Shown here piece by piece: positions 22,726-32,070 of a stretch of DNA of 64,000 bases (within the stretch, counting starts at the first letter, position 1; every line of letters begins with the position of its first letter). The translations under genes and the position numbers were made by a program. Below the pieces are notes generated by a model. That model was not told where the DNA came from. It searched no databases and worked only from the letters and a program-made list of their open reading frames with translations. The stretch comes from an uncultured Candidatus Rokubacteria bacterium (GTDB taxonomy: Bacteria > Methylomirabilota > Methylomirabilia > Rokubacteriales > CSP1-6). Location: the NCBI GenBank assembly GCA_963747235.1, contig CAVVEU010000017.1, positions 1 to 64,000 of the forward strand, written 5' to 3'.

Positions 22726-22801
22726 ATCCGCTCGGCTCGCGTTCGGCTGCGCCTCGCTCGCGTCACTGTATCCGCTCGGCTCGCGTTCGGCTGCGCCTCG
22801 C
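22726..22801. repeat. 32-bp exact direct repeat x2
   Basis: ATCCGCTCGGCTCGCGTTCGGCTGCGCCTCGC at 22726-22757 and 22770-22801. Confidence 0.85.
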
Positions 22802-22808
22802 CCTGCAA

Positions 22809-23828
22809 CTACTTCGTGTACTTCTTGACCAGCGCCTGGGCCTCCGTGTAGAGCGCGCTGGCGTCGAAGCCGGCGCCCGACAGCTCCTTCAGGAACTTGT
22901 CGATCTCGGGCTTGACCGCCGCGCGGACGCGCTCGACCTCGGCCAGCGGCATCACCGGGAAGTTGTTCCCCGCCTTCTGGGCCGCCTCCTTGCCCGGCTT
23001 CTCGATGTTGTCCCAGTTCTGCCCCGCCATCTCGGCGATGTTCCGGCGCGAGTTGGCGTCGATCACCTTCTTGAGGTCGGCGGGCAGGCTCTCGTAGCGC
23101 TTCTTGTTCATGCCGAAGAGGAACACGGTGGTGCCGATGCGCGGCTGCGGCCCCGCGAACTCGGAGTGGTACTTCACCAGCTCGTGGACCTTGAGCGGGT
23201 TGGCGATCTCGTAGGGCAGCAGGGCGCCGTCCACGACGCCCTTCGAGAGCATCTGGGGCACCTCGGGCACCGGCGCGCCCACCGCGTTGGCCCCGACGGC
23301 GCGCAGGAAGACGCTCCCGCCCCGGTTCGGGGTGCGGATCTTCAGGCCCTTGTAGTCCTCGAGCTTCACGATGGGCTTGCCCGCGTGGACCAGCGCGCCC
23401 CCGTGCACGTGCAGCAGCAGCACGTGGTAGTCCTTGTACTCGTCCTGGAGGTGCTTCTCGAAGTAGTCCTGCAGCGCGAGCGTCGTGCCGAGCGCGTTGG
23501 TGTGCAGGAACGGCATCTCCATGACCTCGGTCTTCGGGAAGCGCCCGGCGGTGTAGCCGACCACCGTCCACCCGATGTCTACCACCCCGTCCTTGATCTG
23601 GTCGACGAGCTGCGGCGGCGTGCCCCCGAGCTGCATCGACGGGTAGATCTGGACCTTGATCCGCCCGCCGGACTCCTTCTCGACCTTGGCGGCCCACGGA
23701 GCGAGGAAGGTCGCGTGCGGGGGCGCGACGGGCGGCACGAAGTGGCTGAGCTTGAGCGTGATCTCCTGGGCCGCCGCGGGCGCACCGGCGAGCGCGACGA
23801 GAAGAGCTGCGATGAGCAGGCGCATCAT
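22809..23828 (-). CDS. dctP: TRAP transporter substrate-binding protein
   Basis: signal peptide, SGGRIKVQIYPSMQLGG, KGLKIR; AAGGAGG RBS. Confidence 0.9.
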   Translation of the reverse strand: MMRLLIAALLVALAGAPAAAQEITLKLSHFVPPVAPPHATFLAPWAAKVEKESGGRIKVQIYPSMQLGGTPPQLVDQIKDGVVDIGWTVVGYTAGRFPKTEVMEMPFLHTNALGTTLALQDYFEKHLQDEYKDYHVLLLHVHGGALVHAGKPIVKLEDYKGLKIRTPNRGGSVFLRAVGANAVGAPVPEVPQMLSKGVVDGALLPYEIANPLKVHELVKYHSEFAGPQPRIGTTVFLFGMNKKRYESLPADLKKVIDANSRRNIAEMAGQNWDNIEKPGKEAAQKAGNNFPVMPLAEVERVRAAVKPEIDKFLKELSGAGFDASALYTEAQALVKKYTK

Positions 23829-23878
23829 GTTCGCCTCCTTGCGAGTTTGGACGACCTTGGTAACCGGCTTCCGGGCGG

Positions 23879-24898
23879 TCAAGTTCCGGCGGGACGGCCC
23901 AGCGTCAGCAGGCCTTCGAGATTGCGCCACAGAATGCGCTCCTTCTCCTCCGCGCTCAAGCTGGCGAGGCCCTGCACCCAGGTCACCGGCGAGGGGTGCC
24001 ACGGCACGAAGGGCCAGTCGCTGCCGAGGACGACGCGGTCGATGCCGACCTGGTCGATCGTGAAGCGGAGCGCGGCCTCGCTGCCCACCACGGTGTCGTA
24101 GTATAGCTGCTTCTGGTAGCTGCTCGGCGGGCGCGGGATGCTCTGGCGCGCATCGGCATTGCCGTGCCACCCGCGGTCGAGGCGGCCCATCGCGTAGCAG
24201 GCCGGCCCGCCCCCGTGGGCGATGCACACCTTGAGGTTCGGGCACGCCTCGAGCACGCCGCCCAGGATCAGGATGGCGACCACGATGGCGTCCTCCACGA
24301 TCACGCCCAGGCTGTTGAACAGCCCGTAGCGCGTGGTGCGCTCGGTCAGGAAGTTATGCTGCGGCTGGGGGTGGTAGAAGAGCACCGCGCCCATCGCCTC
24401 GGCGGCCTTGAAGAAGGGGAGGAAGCGCGGCGCGTCCCAGTTCTCCCCGTTCACGATCGTGTCGAGCTCCGCGCCCTTGAGCCCGAGGCCGGTCACCGCC
24501 CGCTCCAGCTCCGCGATCGCCGGCTTCGTGTCCTGCATGGGCAGGGTGGCGAGGCCCGCGAAGCGGGTGGGCCACTGCCGCGTCATCGCGGCGATCTCGT
24601 CGTTGACCTCGCGCGCCAGCGCCGTACCCTGCGCCGCGTCCAGGTGGTAGCCGAAGAACGGGGTGTGGATGGAGAGCACCTGCACGTCCACGCCCTGCGC
24701 GTCCATGTCGGCCAGGCGCTCCTCCGGCGTGAACCGCACCTTGGGCGAGGTGAAGCCGGTGCGCTTGCCGTTGCCGCCCAGGAAGACGCCGAGGCCGTCG
24801 CCGCCCTGGTGGCGGAAGCCGTACCAGTCGCGGCCGGCCTCCGCGGCCTGCCAGACCGCCCGGGGCACCACGTGCGCGTGGATGTCGATGGATCGCAT
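23879..24898 (-). CDS. amidohydrolase family protein (ACMSD-like)
   Basis: IDIHAH, FYHP, AHGGG, VLGSDWPF. Confidence 0.88.
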   Translation of the reverse strand: MRSIDIHAHVVPRAVWQAAEAGRDWYGFRHQGGDGLGVFLGGNGKRTGFTSPKVRFTPEERLADMDAQGVDVQVLSIHTPFFGYHLDAAQGTALAREVNDEIAAMTRQWPTRFAGLATLPMQDTKPAIAELERAVTGLGLKGAELDTIVNGENWDAPRFLPFFKAAEAMGAVLFYHPQPQHNFLTERTTRYGLFNSLGVIVEDAIVVAILILGGVLEACPNLKVCIAHGGGPACYAMGRLDRGWHGNADARQSIPRPPSSYQKQLYYDTVVGSEAALRFTIDQVGIDRVVLGSDWPFVPWHPSPVTWVQGLASLSAEEKERILWRNLEGLLTLGRPAGT

Positions 24899-24926
24899 GG
24901 CTCGTCCTTTCACGGGAAAATAGACC

Positions 24927-24960
24927 TTGAAGTGTTTACACTGTAAATGTACGGTGTCCA
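24927..24960 (+). promoter_or_regulatory. promoter TTGAAG-17-TACGGT containing palindrome TTTACA-C-TGTAAA (likely TetR operator)
   Basis: perfect inverted repeat 24935-24947 between -35 and -10, upstream of the Rieske-TetR operon. Confidence 0.65.
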
Positions 24961-24975
24961 TCCAAGGAGGCCGAC

Positions 24976-25917
24976 ATGACCCTCACCCTGGAGCGGCGGC
25001 AGCAGGACGACACGGCGGCGGGCTTTCACCAGTCCTGGTTCCCCCTGGCCCTGGCCCGCGACGTGCAGCCCGGCCGGGTCATCGGCCAGGACTTCCTCGG
25101 CACCCGCGTGATCCTCTACCGCGACGCGGCCGGCCGCGCGGTGGTGCAGGGCGCCTTCTGTCCCCACCTGGGCGCGGACCTCTCGGTGGGCCAGGTGGTA
25201 GAGGGGCAGATCCGCTGCGCCTATCACCACTGGACGTTCGACTGCGCGGGCACGTGCGTGGACATCCCGGCCGGCGACAAGATCCCGCCCGGCGCCCGTA
25301 TCCCGACCTATCCGAGCGCGGAGGCGTGGGGGCTGATCTGGGCGTTCAACGGCGAGACCCCGACCTTCGCGGTGCCGGGCATTCCCGGCGCGGAGGAGGG
25401 TGAGCTGATCTTCGAGACGCATTTCCGCGGTACGCGCGCCACCGATCCCTGGGTCTCCACGTCGAACGGAGTCGATTTTCAGCATCTGCGCGCCCTGCAC
25501 GGCCTGCCCGTGGTCGATCCGGACGCCGTGACCGTGGGGGAGCATAGCATCGAGTACCGGATCGAATCGTCCGCGTTCGCTCACGAGGGTCGCATCACCG
25601 GGGTCAACACCTTCTCGCAGCATCTGGCCATGGGTGACCAGGATCTGTTCATGCTCTTCAGCGGCGCGCCTCCCGCCCACGGCCACACCTTCGGTTTCTA
25701 CGTGTACGGGGTGCGCGATACCGGGCAGGGGCGCGACGGCGCCGCGGAGCAGCTCGGCGAGCTGGGCGCCTTCGTGCGGCAGCTTCTCGCGGAGGACGCG
25801 CCGGTGCTCGACACGATCCGCTTCCGCCCGCGCGTGCTGGTGGCCTCGGATCGCCATCTCGCCCGGTTCTTCAAGTACGTGCGCGAGTTCCCGCGGGCGC
25901 TGCCGCCGGACGCCTGA
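24976..25917 (+). CDS. Rieske (2Fe-2S) oxygenase
   Basis: CPHLGADL...CAYHHW; DFQHLRALHG mononuclear-iron motif. Confidence 0.88.
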   Translation: MTLTLERRQQDDTAAGFHQSWFPLALARDVQPGRVIGQDFLGTRVILYRDAAGRAVVQGAFCPHLGADLSVGQVVEGQIRCAYHHWTFDCAGTCVDIPAGDKIPPGARIPTYPSAEAWGLIWAFNGETPTFAVPGIPGAEEGELIFETHFRGTRATDPWVSTSNGVDFQHLRALHGLPVVDPDAVTVGEHSIEYRIESSAFAHEGRITGVNTFSQHLAMGDQDLFMLFSGAPPAHGHTFGFYVYGVRDTGQGRDGAAEQLGELGAFVRQLLAEDAPVLDTIRFRPRVLVASDRHLARFFKYVREFPRALPPDA

Positions 25918-25923
25918 GGACCC

Positions 25924-26577
25924 ATGCCCAGGAACCTCTCCCGCGAGGAGGTGGACGCGTTCCGCGCGCGTCTCTGCGCGGTGGCGCAGAAGCGCTTCGC
26001 CAGGGACGGCGTCGAGGGCGTCAGCATGCGGCAGCTCGCGGAGGCGCTGGACTGCAGCCCCATGACGCCCTATCGCTACTTCCGCAACAAGGAGGAGATC
26101 CTCGCCGCGGTGCGCGCGGCCGCGTTCGACCGGTTCGCCGCCGCGCTCGAGGACGCGGCCCGGAAGGCGCGGGGCGATCTGCGCGCGGGCGGCCAGGCGA
26201 TGGGCGAGGCGTACATCCGGTTCGCCCTGGCCGAGCCCGACGCCTATCGCATGATGTTCGATCTCTCCCAGCCCCACCCGGATCGCTACCCGGAGCTGGT
26301 CCGCGCCAGCGCCCGGGCGCGCCACATGATGAGCGCGGCGCTCGAGGCCCTCGTCAAGGCCGGCATCTTCGTGGGCGACGCGCAGCTCCTGGGCTATGTC
26401 TTCTGGGCCACCATGCACGGGCTGGTGGTGCTGCACCTGGCCGGCAAGCTCCCCAAGGATCCGGACTTCCGGACCATCCAGCGGGAGGCGATGCGGCTGC
26501 TCGTGGCGGGCGCGCGATCTGGCGCCGCCCCCGCGCCCTCGCCGCCACGCGCCACCCGCCGAAAGGCCCCGTCATGA
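25924..26577 (+). CDS. TetR/AcrR family regulator (WHG-type C-terminus)
   Basis: SMRQLAEAL..SPMTPYRYF; WATMHG. Confidence 0.88.
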   Translation: MPRNLSREEVDAFRARLCAVAQKRFARDGVEGVSMRQLAEALDCSPMTPYRYFRNKEEILAAVRAAAFDRFAAALEDAARKARGDLRAGGQAMGEAYIRFALAEPDAYRMMFDLSQPHPDRYPELVRASARARHMMSAALEALVKAGIFVGDAQLLGYVFWATMHGLVVLHLAGKLPKDPDFRTIQREAMRLLVAGARSGAAPAPSPPRATRRKAPS

Positions 26578-27131
26578 GCATCGTGCTGAGCCTCTCGCCC
26601 TTCCTGGTCTTCTTCGTGCTGATGCGCCTGCGCTCGCCGCTGGCCGGGCTCATGGGCGCCGTCGTCGTCTCGCTGCTGCTGTGTCTCCGCATGATCCGCC
26701 GCGGCGAGTCGCTCAAGATCCTCGAGGCCGGCAGCCTCGTGGTGTTCGGCGTGCTCACCACGTACACGCTGCTGGCCGCGCCGGCCTGGTCGGTGGCGAC
26801 GGTGCGGCTCGCGGTGGACCTGGGCCTGCTCGCGATCGCGGTGACCTCGCTCGTCATCGGCCGGCCCTTCACGCTGCAGTACGCGCGCGAGCGGGTGCCC
26901 GAGCCGATCTGGGCCCTGCCGGTCTTCTACACGACCAATCGGCTCATCACCACGGTATGGGCGGGAGCCTTCGCGGTGCTGGTAGCGGCGGACGCCCTGG
27001 CGGAGTACGTGGCGGCCGTCCCGATCTGGGTGGACGTCGTGGGCTCGGTCGCCGCGTTCACGGCCGCGGTCTGGTTCAGCCGCTGGTACCCGGCCGCGGT
27101 GCAGCGGCGATTCGCTAGCGTCGCTCCGTGA
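26574..27131 (+). CDS. hypothetical membrane protein
   Basis: multiple TM segments, GRPFTLQYARE; ATGA overlap. Confidence 0.75.
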   Translation: MSIVLSLSPFLVFFVLMRLRSPLAGLMGAVVVSLLLCLRMIRRGESLKILEAGSLVVFGVLTTYTLLAAPAWSVATVRLAVDLGLLAIAVTSLVIGRPFTLQYARERVPEPIWALPVFYTTNRLITTVWAGAFAVLVAADALAEYVAAVPIWVDVVGSVAAFTAAVWFSRWYPAAVQRRFASVAP

Positions 27132-29421
27132 GCGCGGCGCGCAGGCGCTCGGGGGTGAGCGGCATGTCGAGGTGGCCGACGCCGAGCGGGGCGAGCGCGT
27201 CCACCGCCGCGTTCACGATCGCGGGCGGCATCGCGATGCAGCCGGCCTCGCCCAGGCCCTTGGCCCCGAGCGGGTTGCGCGGCGACGCGGTGTGCATCTT
27301 CTCGATGAGCACGGCGGGCATGTCGGTGGCGCGCGGGATCGCGTAGTCCATCAGCGTCGTGCTGAGGCACTGGCCGTCGGCGTCGTAGACGATGGTCTCC
27401 ATCAGGGCCTGACCCAGGCCCTGGGCCAGCGCGCCATGGAGCTGTCCTTCCGCCAGGAGCGGATTGATGATGGTGCCCGCGTCGTCGATCCAGACGAGCG
27501 TCTCGAGGCGGAGCACTCCCGTCTCCGGCTCGATCGAGAGTCCGCAGACCACCGCGCCGGAGCTCCAGACCTCGCCGTCCGGCTGGAAGTAGGTGGTGGC
27601 CTCGAGCCCGGGCGTGTCGCCCGGGGGCAGCGCCTGGCCCCCCGCGTAGGCCGCGGTGGCCACGTCCTTCCACGCCACGCGCTTCTGCGGCACGCCCGCC
27701 ACCTGGAAGCCGCCTCGCACGGGCACGATGTCCTCGGGCGCGGCCTCCAGCAGCCGGGCCGCGATGCGCCGGCCCTTGTCGCGCACCTCCACCGAGGTGC
27801 GCACGAGCGCGCCGCCGCCCAGCGCCACGCTCCGGCTGCCGAACGTGCCGAAGCCCTCGGGGCCGGAGCGCGTATCGCCGTGCAGCACCGTGACCTCGTC
27901 GGGCGTGACGCCCAGGTGATCGGCCACCACCTGCGCGAACGTGGTCTCGTGCCCCTGGCCGTGGGCGCTCGAGCCGGTGATGGCGGTGACCTTCCCCGAC
28001 CGTTCCACGCGAATCGACCCGCTCTCCCAGCCAAGCGCGCAGGGCTCCACGTAGGAGGCGAGCCCCACCCCGACGATCTCGCCCTTCGCGCGCCGCGCCG
28101 CCTGTCGGCGCCGCAGCCCGTCATAGTCGGCGGCCTTCAGCGCGCGGTCCAGCGCCTGAGGGTAGTCGCCCGAGTCGTAGACCTGGCCGGTGATGGTCTT
28201 GAACGGGAAACGATTCGCGGGAATGAAGTTGCGCCGCCGGATCTCCGCGGGATCGAGGCCGATCGCCCGGGCCGCGGTGTCCATCAGCCGCTCGATGAAG
28301 AAGCAGGCCTCCGGCCGGCCTGCGCCGCGATAGGCCGAGACCGGCGCGGTGGTGGTGAGGGCGCCGTTGACCGTGATGTCGCAGCTCGGGACCACGTAGG
28401 CCCCGGGCAGGCACCGCGCGTGGTTCCACGGCGAGCCCGCGGCCGCGTTCATGAGCTGGGCGCCCATCGGGGCGGTGATCGTGCCGCGGAGCCCGGTGAT
28501 GCGCCCGCCCGCGTCCAGTGCCAGCTCGCCCTCGCAGACCGAGCCGCGCGCCTGATTCGTCGTGACCTGGTCCTCACGACGCGTGGCGACCCACTTGATC
28601 GGGCGGCCGAGCTGCCGCGCTAGCCACGCCAGCAGCACGTCTTCACGATAGGGGCCGGTCTTCACCCCGAACCCGCCGCCCACGTCGGGGGCGATCACAC
28701 GCACGCGGCTCTCCGGAAGGTCGAGCAGGCGCGCGACCTCGCCGCGGATGCGGAACGGAGCCTGGCAGGACACCCACATGGTCAGCTCGTCCGTGAAGCG
28801 GTCGAAGGTGGCCAGGACCGAGCGCGGCTCCATCGCCACCGCCGACAACCGGTTCTGCGCCACGCGCAGCGGCACGACGTGGGCCGCGGCCGAGAAGGCG
28901 CGATCAGCGTCACCTTCTCGAATGATCCGCGTGAGCACGCGATTGCCGTCGATGCCGGAGAAGAGAAGCGGGGCGCCGGGCGCCAGCGCCGCCTCCGGCT
29001 CGGCCAGGCCGGGCAGGGGCTCGTAGTCCACGCCGATGAGATCGAGCACGTCGTAGGCCGCGTAGATGTCCCTGGCCACGACCGCGGCGACCGGCATGCC
29101 GACTGCGTGGACCTGGCCGTCGGCCAAGATCGGATGCGGCGGCACGCGCATGTCGGGCACCAGCCGGTTCACCGGCATGGGCGCGAGATGCGCCACGTCC
29201 TTGCCGGTGACGACCAGCAGGGTGCGCGGATCGCGGCGCGCCACCTCCACGTCGAGGTTGGCGATGCGCGCGTGCGCGTGCGGGGAGCGGAGCAGGGCCA
29301 CGTGCAGGCACCCCGGCGGCGTCATGTCGTCCACGAAGGCGCCCGCGCCGATCAGGAGGCGGTGGTCCTCGCGCCGCTTGAGCGGCCGGCCGATCCAGCC
29401 GTCGCCCTGCCGCTCGCTCAT
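27115..29421 (-). CDS. xanthine dehydrogenase/CoxL-family molybdopterin-binding large subunit
   Basis: RREDHRL, RSPHAHA, DVGGGFG, AYRGAGRPE, GQGHETT, GAKGLGEAG. Confidence 0.92.
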   Translation of the reverse strand: MSERQGDGWIGRPLKRREDHRLLIGAGAFVDDMTPPGCLHVALLRSPHAHARIANLDVEVARRDPRTLLVVTGKDVAHLAPMPVNRLVPDMRVPPHPILADGQVHAVGMPVAAVVARDIYAAYDVLDLIGVDYEPLPGLAEPEAALAPGAPLLFSGIDGNRVLTRIIREGDADRAFSAAAHVVPLRVAQNRLSAVAMEPRSVLATFDRFTDELTMWVSCQAPFRIRGEVARLLDLPESRVRVIAPDVGGGFGVKTGPYREDVLLAWLARQLGRPIKWVATRREDQVTTNQARGSVCEGELALDAGGRITGLRGTITAPMGAQLMNAAAGSPWNHARCLPGAYVVPSCDITVNGALTTTAPVSAYRGAGRPEACFFIERLMDTAARAIGLDPAEIRRRNFIPANRFPFKTITGQVYDSGDYPQALDRALKAADYDGLRRRQAARRAKGEIVGVGLASYVEPCALGWESGSIRVERSGKVTAITGSSAHGQGHETTFAQVVADHLGVTPDEVTVLHGDTRSGPEGFGTFGSRSVALGGGALVRTSVEVRDKGRRIAARLLEAAPEDIVPVRGGFQVAGVPQKRVAWKDVATAAYAGGQALPPGDTPGLEATTYFQPDGEVWSSGAVVCGLSIEPETGVLRLETLVWIDDAGTIINPLLAEGQLHGALAQGLGQALMETIVYDADGQCLSTTLMDYAIPRATDMPAVLIEKMHTASPRNPLGAKGLGEAGCIAMPPAIVNAAVDALAPLGVGHLDMPLTPERLRAALTERR

Positions 29422-30200
29422 GCGAGGAACCGGAAGACCGCGCCGACGAAGGCGGCGGGCTGCTCGTACGGCAGCATGTGGCCGGCGTCGGGGACGATCT
29501 CGACGGTCGCGCCCGGGATGAGCCGGCGCCACCGCTCCGCATAGGCCGGCACGATCAGCTTGTCCGCGCCGCCCCAGAGGACCAGGGTCTTCGCGACCAC
29601 GCGGTAGAGGCGCTTCGACACGCGGCGGTTCGGGATCGGGAAGAGGATCTTGCCCGCCATCGCCAGTCGCCGCTGCTGGCCCAGGTAGAACTCCTTGAAG
29701 ACCTCCATGTCCGAGAAGTCCGCGCCGCCGGTGAGCAGAGTCTGGCCGCGCACCGGATCCTCGAAGAGCAGCTCGATGAGCTGGCCGGGGAGCAGCGCGA
29801 AGATGTCGGGGATCGGGTGCTCATCCATCCAGAGGCCCGCCGAGGCCACCAGCACCAGCTTGTCGAGATCGCCGGGCGCGATCGCGGCCATCTCGGCGGC
29901 GATCATGCCGCCCATCGAGTGGCCGACCAGGTGCGGCTTGGTGAGGCCGAGCGCGGCGACCACGTCCCAGCCGTGAAGCGTGAAGTCGAGCATGTCCTCC
30001 AGCAGCTCCTCGCCGGTGGACTCGCCGTACCCAGGTAGCTCGGGAGCGAAGACGTGGTAGCGCGCCGCGAGCTGGTCCAGGAACGGGTTGTCGGCCAGCA
30101 GGCCGCCCGCGCCGTGGAAGAACACGAGCGGCATGCCGCTGCCCGCCTCGAGCACGCGGCAGCGAGCGCCGCGCTTCGTTTCGATCGTTTGCGCTTTCAT
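29418..30200 (-). CDS. alpha/beta fold hydrolase
   Basis: FHGAGG, GHSMGG, AGHML. Confidence 0.88.
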   Translation of the reverse strand: MKAQTIETKRGARCRVLEAGSGMPLVFFHGAGGLLADNPFLDQLAARYHVFAPELPGYGESTGEELLEDMLDFTLHGWDVVAALGLTKPHLVGHSMGGMIAAEMAAIAPGDLDKLVLVASAGLWMDEHPIPDIFALLPGQLIELLFEDPVRGQTLLTGGADFSDMEVFKEFYLGQQRRLAMAGKILFPIPNRRVSKRLYRVVAKTLVLWGGADKLIVPAYAERWRRLIPGATVEIVPDAGHMLPYEQPAAFVGAVFRFLA

Positions 30201-31462
30201 GAGGGCCACACCTGACCGGGCTTCTCGGCGCCCGGCTGCATCTCTTCCGGATGGAGACGGTCCTCCATCGGGTGGATCCACCAGCGATCGTCGTCTTTCC
30301 ACTCCGGCCAGAGGTTCCGCAGGTGCGGCATGACCTTCTCCGCGAAGAGCTTGGTGGAGTGGCGCGTCTTCCAGTCCGGCATGTTGCCGGTATGGAGCAG
30401 GCAGAAGAGGTGGCCGATGCGCAGGCCCTTGATGCACTCCTCGAGCTGCTGGCGCACCGTCTCCGGGCTGCCCGCGATGATGAAGCGCTCGTCCACGAGC
30501 TGCTTCCAGGTGAGGTTGGCCATCAGCTTCTGCGCCTCGAGGCGGAGCTGCGAGAGCGCGCCGTACTTGATGGTGTTCACGGTGCGGTAGCCCGGCGGGT
30601 CCGCGAAGGGCGGGAAGACGTGCAGGCACCGGTTGAAGAAGTAGAGGCAGTGCTCGGCGTAGAGCTCCTCGGCCTCCGCGTCGGTGTCGGCCACGCAGAT
30701 GATCTGGGCGAAGGCGGCGCGGTAGGGCGAGTTGTCCTTGCCGCGCTTGGCCACGCGATCCCAGTAGCCCTCGAGCAGCGACTTGCCGCGCACGTAGCCG
30801 TAGAACGACAGGTACGAGTAGTTGTAGTCGTGGTCGAGGCAGAAGTCCCACGTCTCGATCGAGCCGCCGCCCGGGATGTAGATGGGCGGGTGCGGCTTCT
30901 GGATCGGCTTGGGCCAGCAGTTCACCCAGCGGAGCTGGTTGTACTTGCCGTCGAAGGCGAAGGGCTCGTCCTCCGCCCACGCCTTCATGATCATGTCGTG
31001 GGCTTCCTGGTACTTGTCGCGGGTCAGGGCGGGGATCTGGCCGTAGCAGAAGTTGGTGTCCATCGGCGTGCCGACCGGGAAGCCGGCCACGAGGCGCCCG
31101 CCCGAGATCACGTCGAGCATGGCGAACTCCTCGGCTACCCGTATCGGCGGATTGTAGCCCGCGATGGAGTTGCCGATCACGCAGATGGCGGCGCGCGAGG
31201 TCCGCCGGGCGAGGCCGGCCGCGATCAGGTTCGGCGAGGGCATGAGCCCGTAGCCGTTCTGGTGGTGCTCGTTGCAGCCGATGCCGTCGAAGCCGAGCGT
31301 CTCCGCGTACTCGAGCTGGTCCATGTACTGGTGGTAGACGAAGTGGCCCTTCTTCGGATCGTAGAGCTTGCTCGGAATGTCCACCCACACCGAGCGGTTC
31401 TTCTCGCGGAAGTCGTCGGGCAGGTACGGCCAGGGCATCAGGTTGAACCAGGTGAATTTCAT
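30197..31462 (-). CDS. LLM class flavin-dependent oxidoreductase
   Basis: GFDGIGCNEHH, RVAEEFAMLDVISGGR, PKPIQKPHPPI. Confidence 0.9.
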   Translation of the reverse strand: MKFTWFNLMPWPYLPDDFREKNRSVWVDIPSKLYDPKKGHFVYHQYMDQLEYAETLGFDGIGCNEHHQNGYGLMPSPNLIAAGLARRTSRAAICVIGNSIAGYNPPIRVAEEFAMLDVISGGRLVAGFPVGTPMDTNFCYGQIPALTRDKYQEAHDMIMKAWAEDEPFAFDGKYNQLRWVNCWPKPIQKPHPPIYIPGGGSIETWDFCLDHDYNYSYLSFYGYVRGKSLLEGYWDRVAKRGKDNSPYRAAFAQIICVADTDAEAEELYAEHCLYFFNRCLHVFPPFADPPGYRTVNTIKYGALSQLRLEAQKLMANLTWKQLVDERFIIAGSPETVRQQLEECIKGLRIGHLFCLLHTGNMPDWKTRHSTKLFAEKVMPHLRNLWPEWKDDDRWWIHPMEDRLHPEEMQPGAEKPGQVWPS

Positions 31463-31555
31463 GAGTCCCTCCCCCTCAGTCCCTCCCCGCGCTGGGTTAC
31501 CGGTGCGCCGAAGTGTATAACATAGCGGCCGCGAGGCTGGAATTGATCTGTCGGC

Positions 31556-31841
31556 TCAGGCATTTCGCCGGCTCGCCGGGATCCGCCGAGGGGTTGGCTG
31601 CGGGAACTCGGCGGGGCGGGCGGCGAGCATGCGGGGCGTCGCGTCGATCGCGCGCTCCTGCCGGAAGTGCGAGTATCGCTGCACCATCACCAAGCTCCTC
31701 CAGCCGCCGAGCTGTTGGAGGAGGACCGGGTCGGCGCCTCGATCATGCGGCTCGCCCGGTATGTCTCAGGCTGTGGACCCGAAACGCTTTCAGCGTCGCG
31801 TGCTCGATCTCGATGGCCTCGAGCGCGTTGAGTCCTTCCAT
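31556..31841 (-). pseudogene. tyrosine recombinase/integrase C-terminal remnant
   Basis: FRVHSLRHTG / ASRMIE / GADPVLLQQLGGWRSLVMVQRYSH across two frameshifts (HxLRH, GW, catalytic Y). Confidence 0.8.
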
Positions 31842-32070
31842 GCCGCGACGACGGGAGGGGGTGAGCGGCCACCGCGCATGACAGGATCACCTCCCACTCG
31901 AACCTGGAGATGTCCATCGGGTCCGGGACCGCATCGCGGTACACGTCGGCCAGGACGTCCTTCAGCTTACCCGCGTCGTGGGCGTGGAGCTTGCCGAGGA
32001 TGAACGTCCCTTTCGCCGTGAAGGAGAGGGCATCGCCCATCACTTCCCCTTCGGCCCATGCTCGGAGAGA

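Noticed and set aside
22726-22801. Possible CRISPR mini-array
   Set aside because: Only two repeats, a 12-nt spacer and no cas genes
27115-29421. Aerobic CO dehydrogenase (form I coxL)
   Set aside because: Motif is AYRGAGR rather than AYxCSFR, and coxM/coxS are absent
31498-31530. dif/XerCD site
   Set aside because: GGTGCGC and TAACATA resemble the XerC and XerD arms, but their order and orientation do not form the inverted 11-6-11 site
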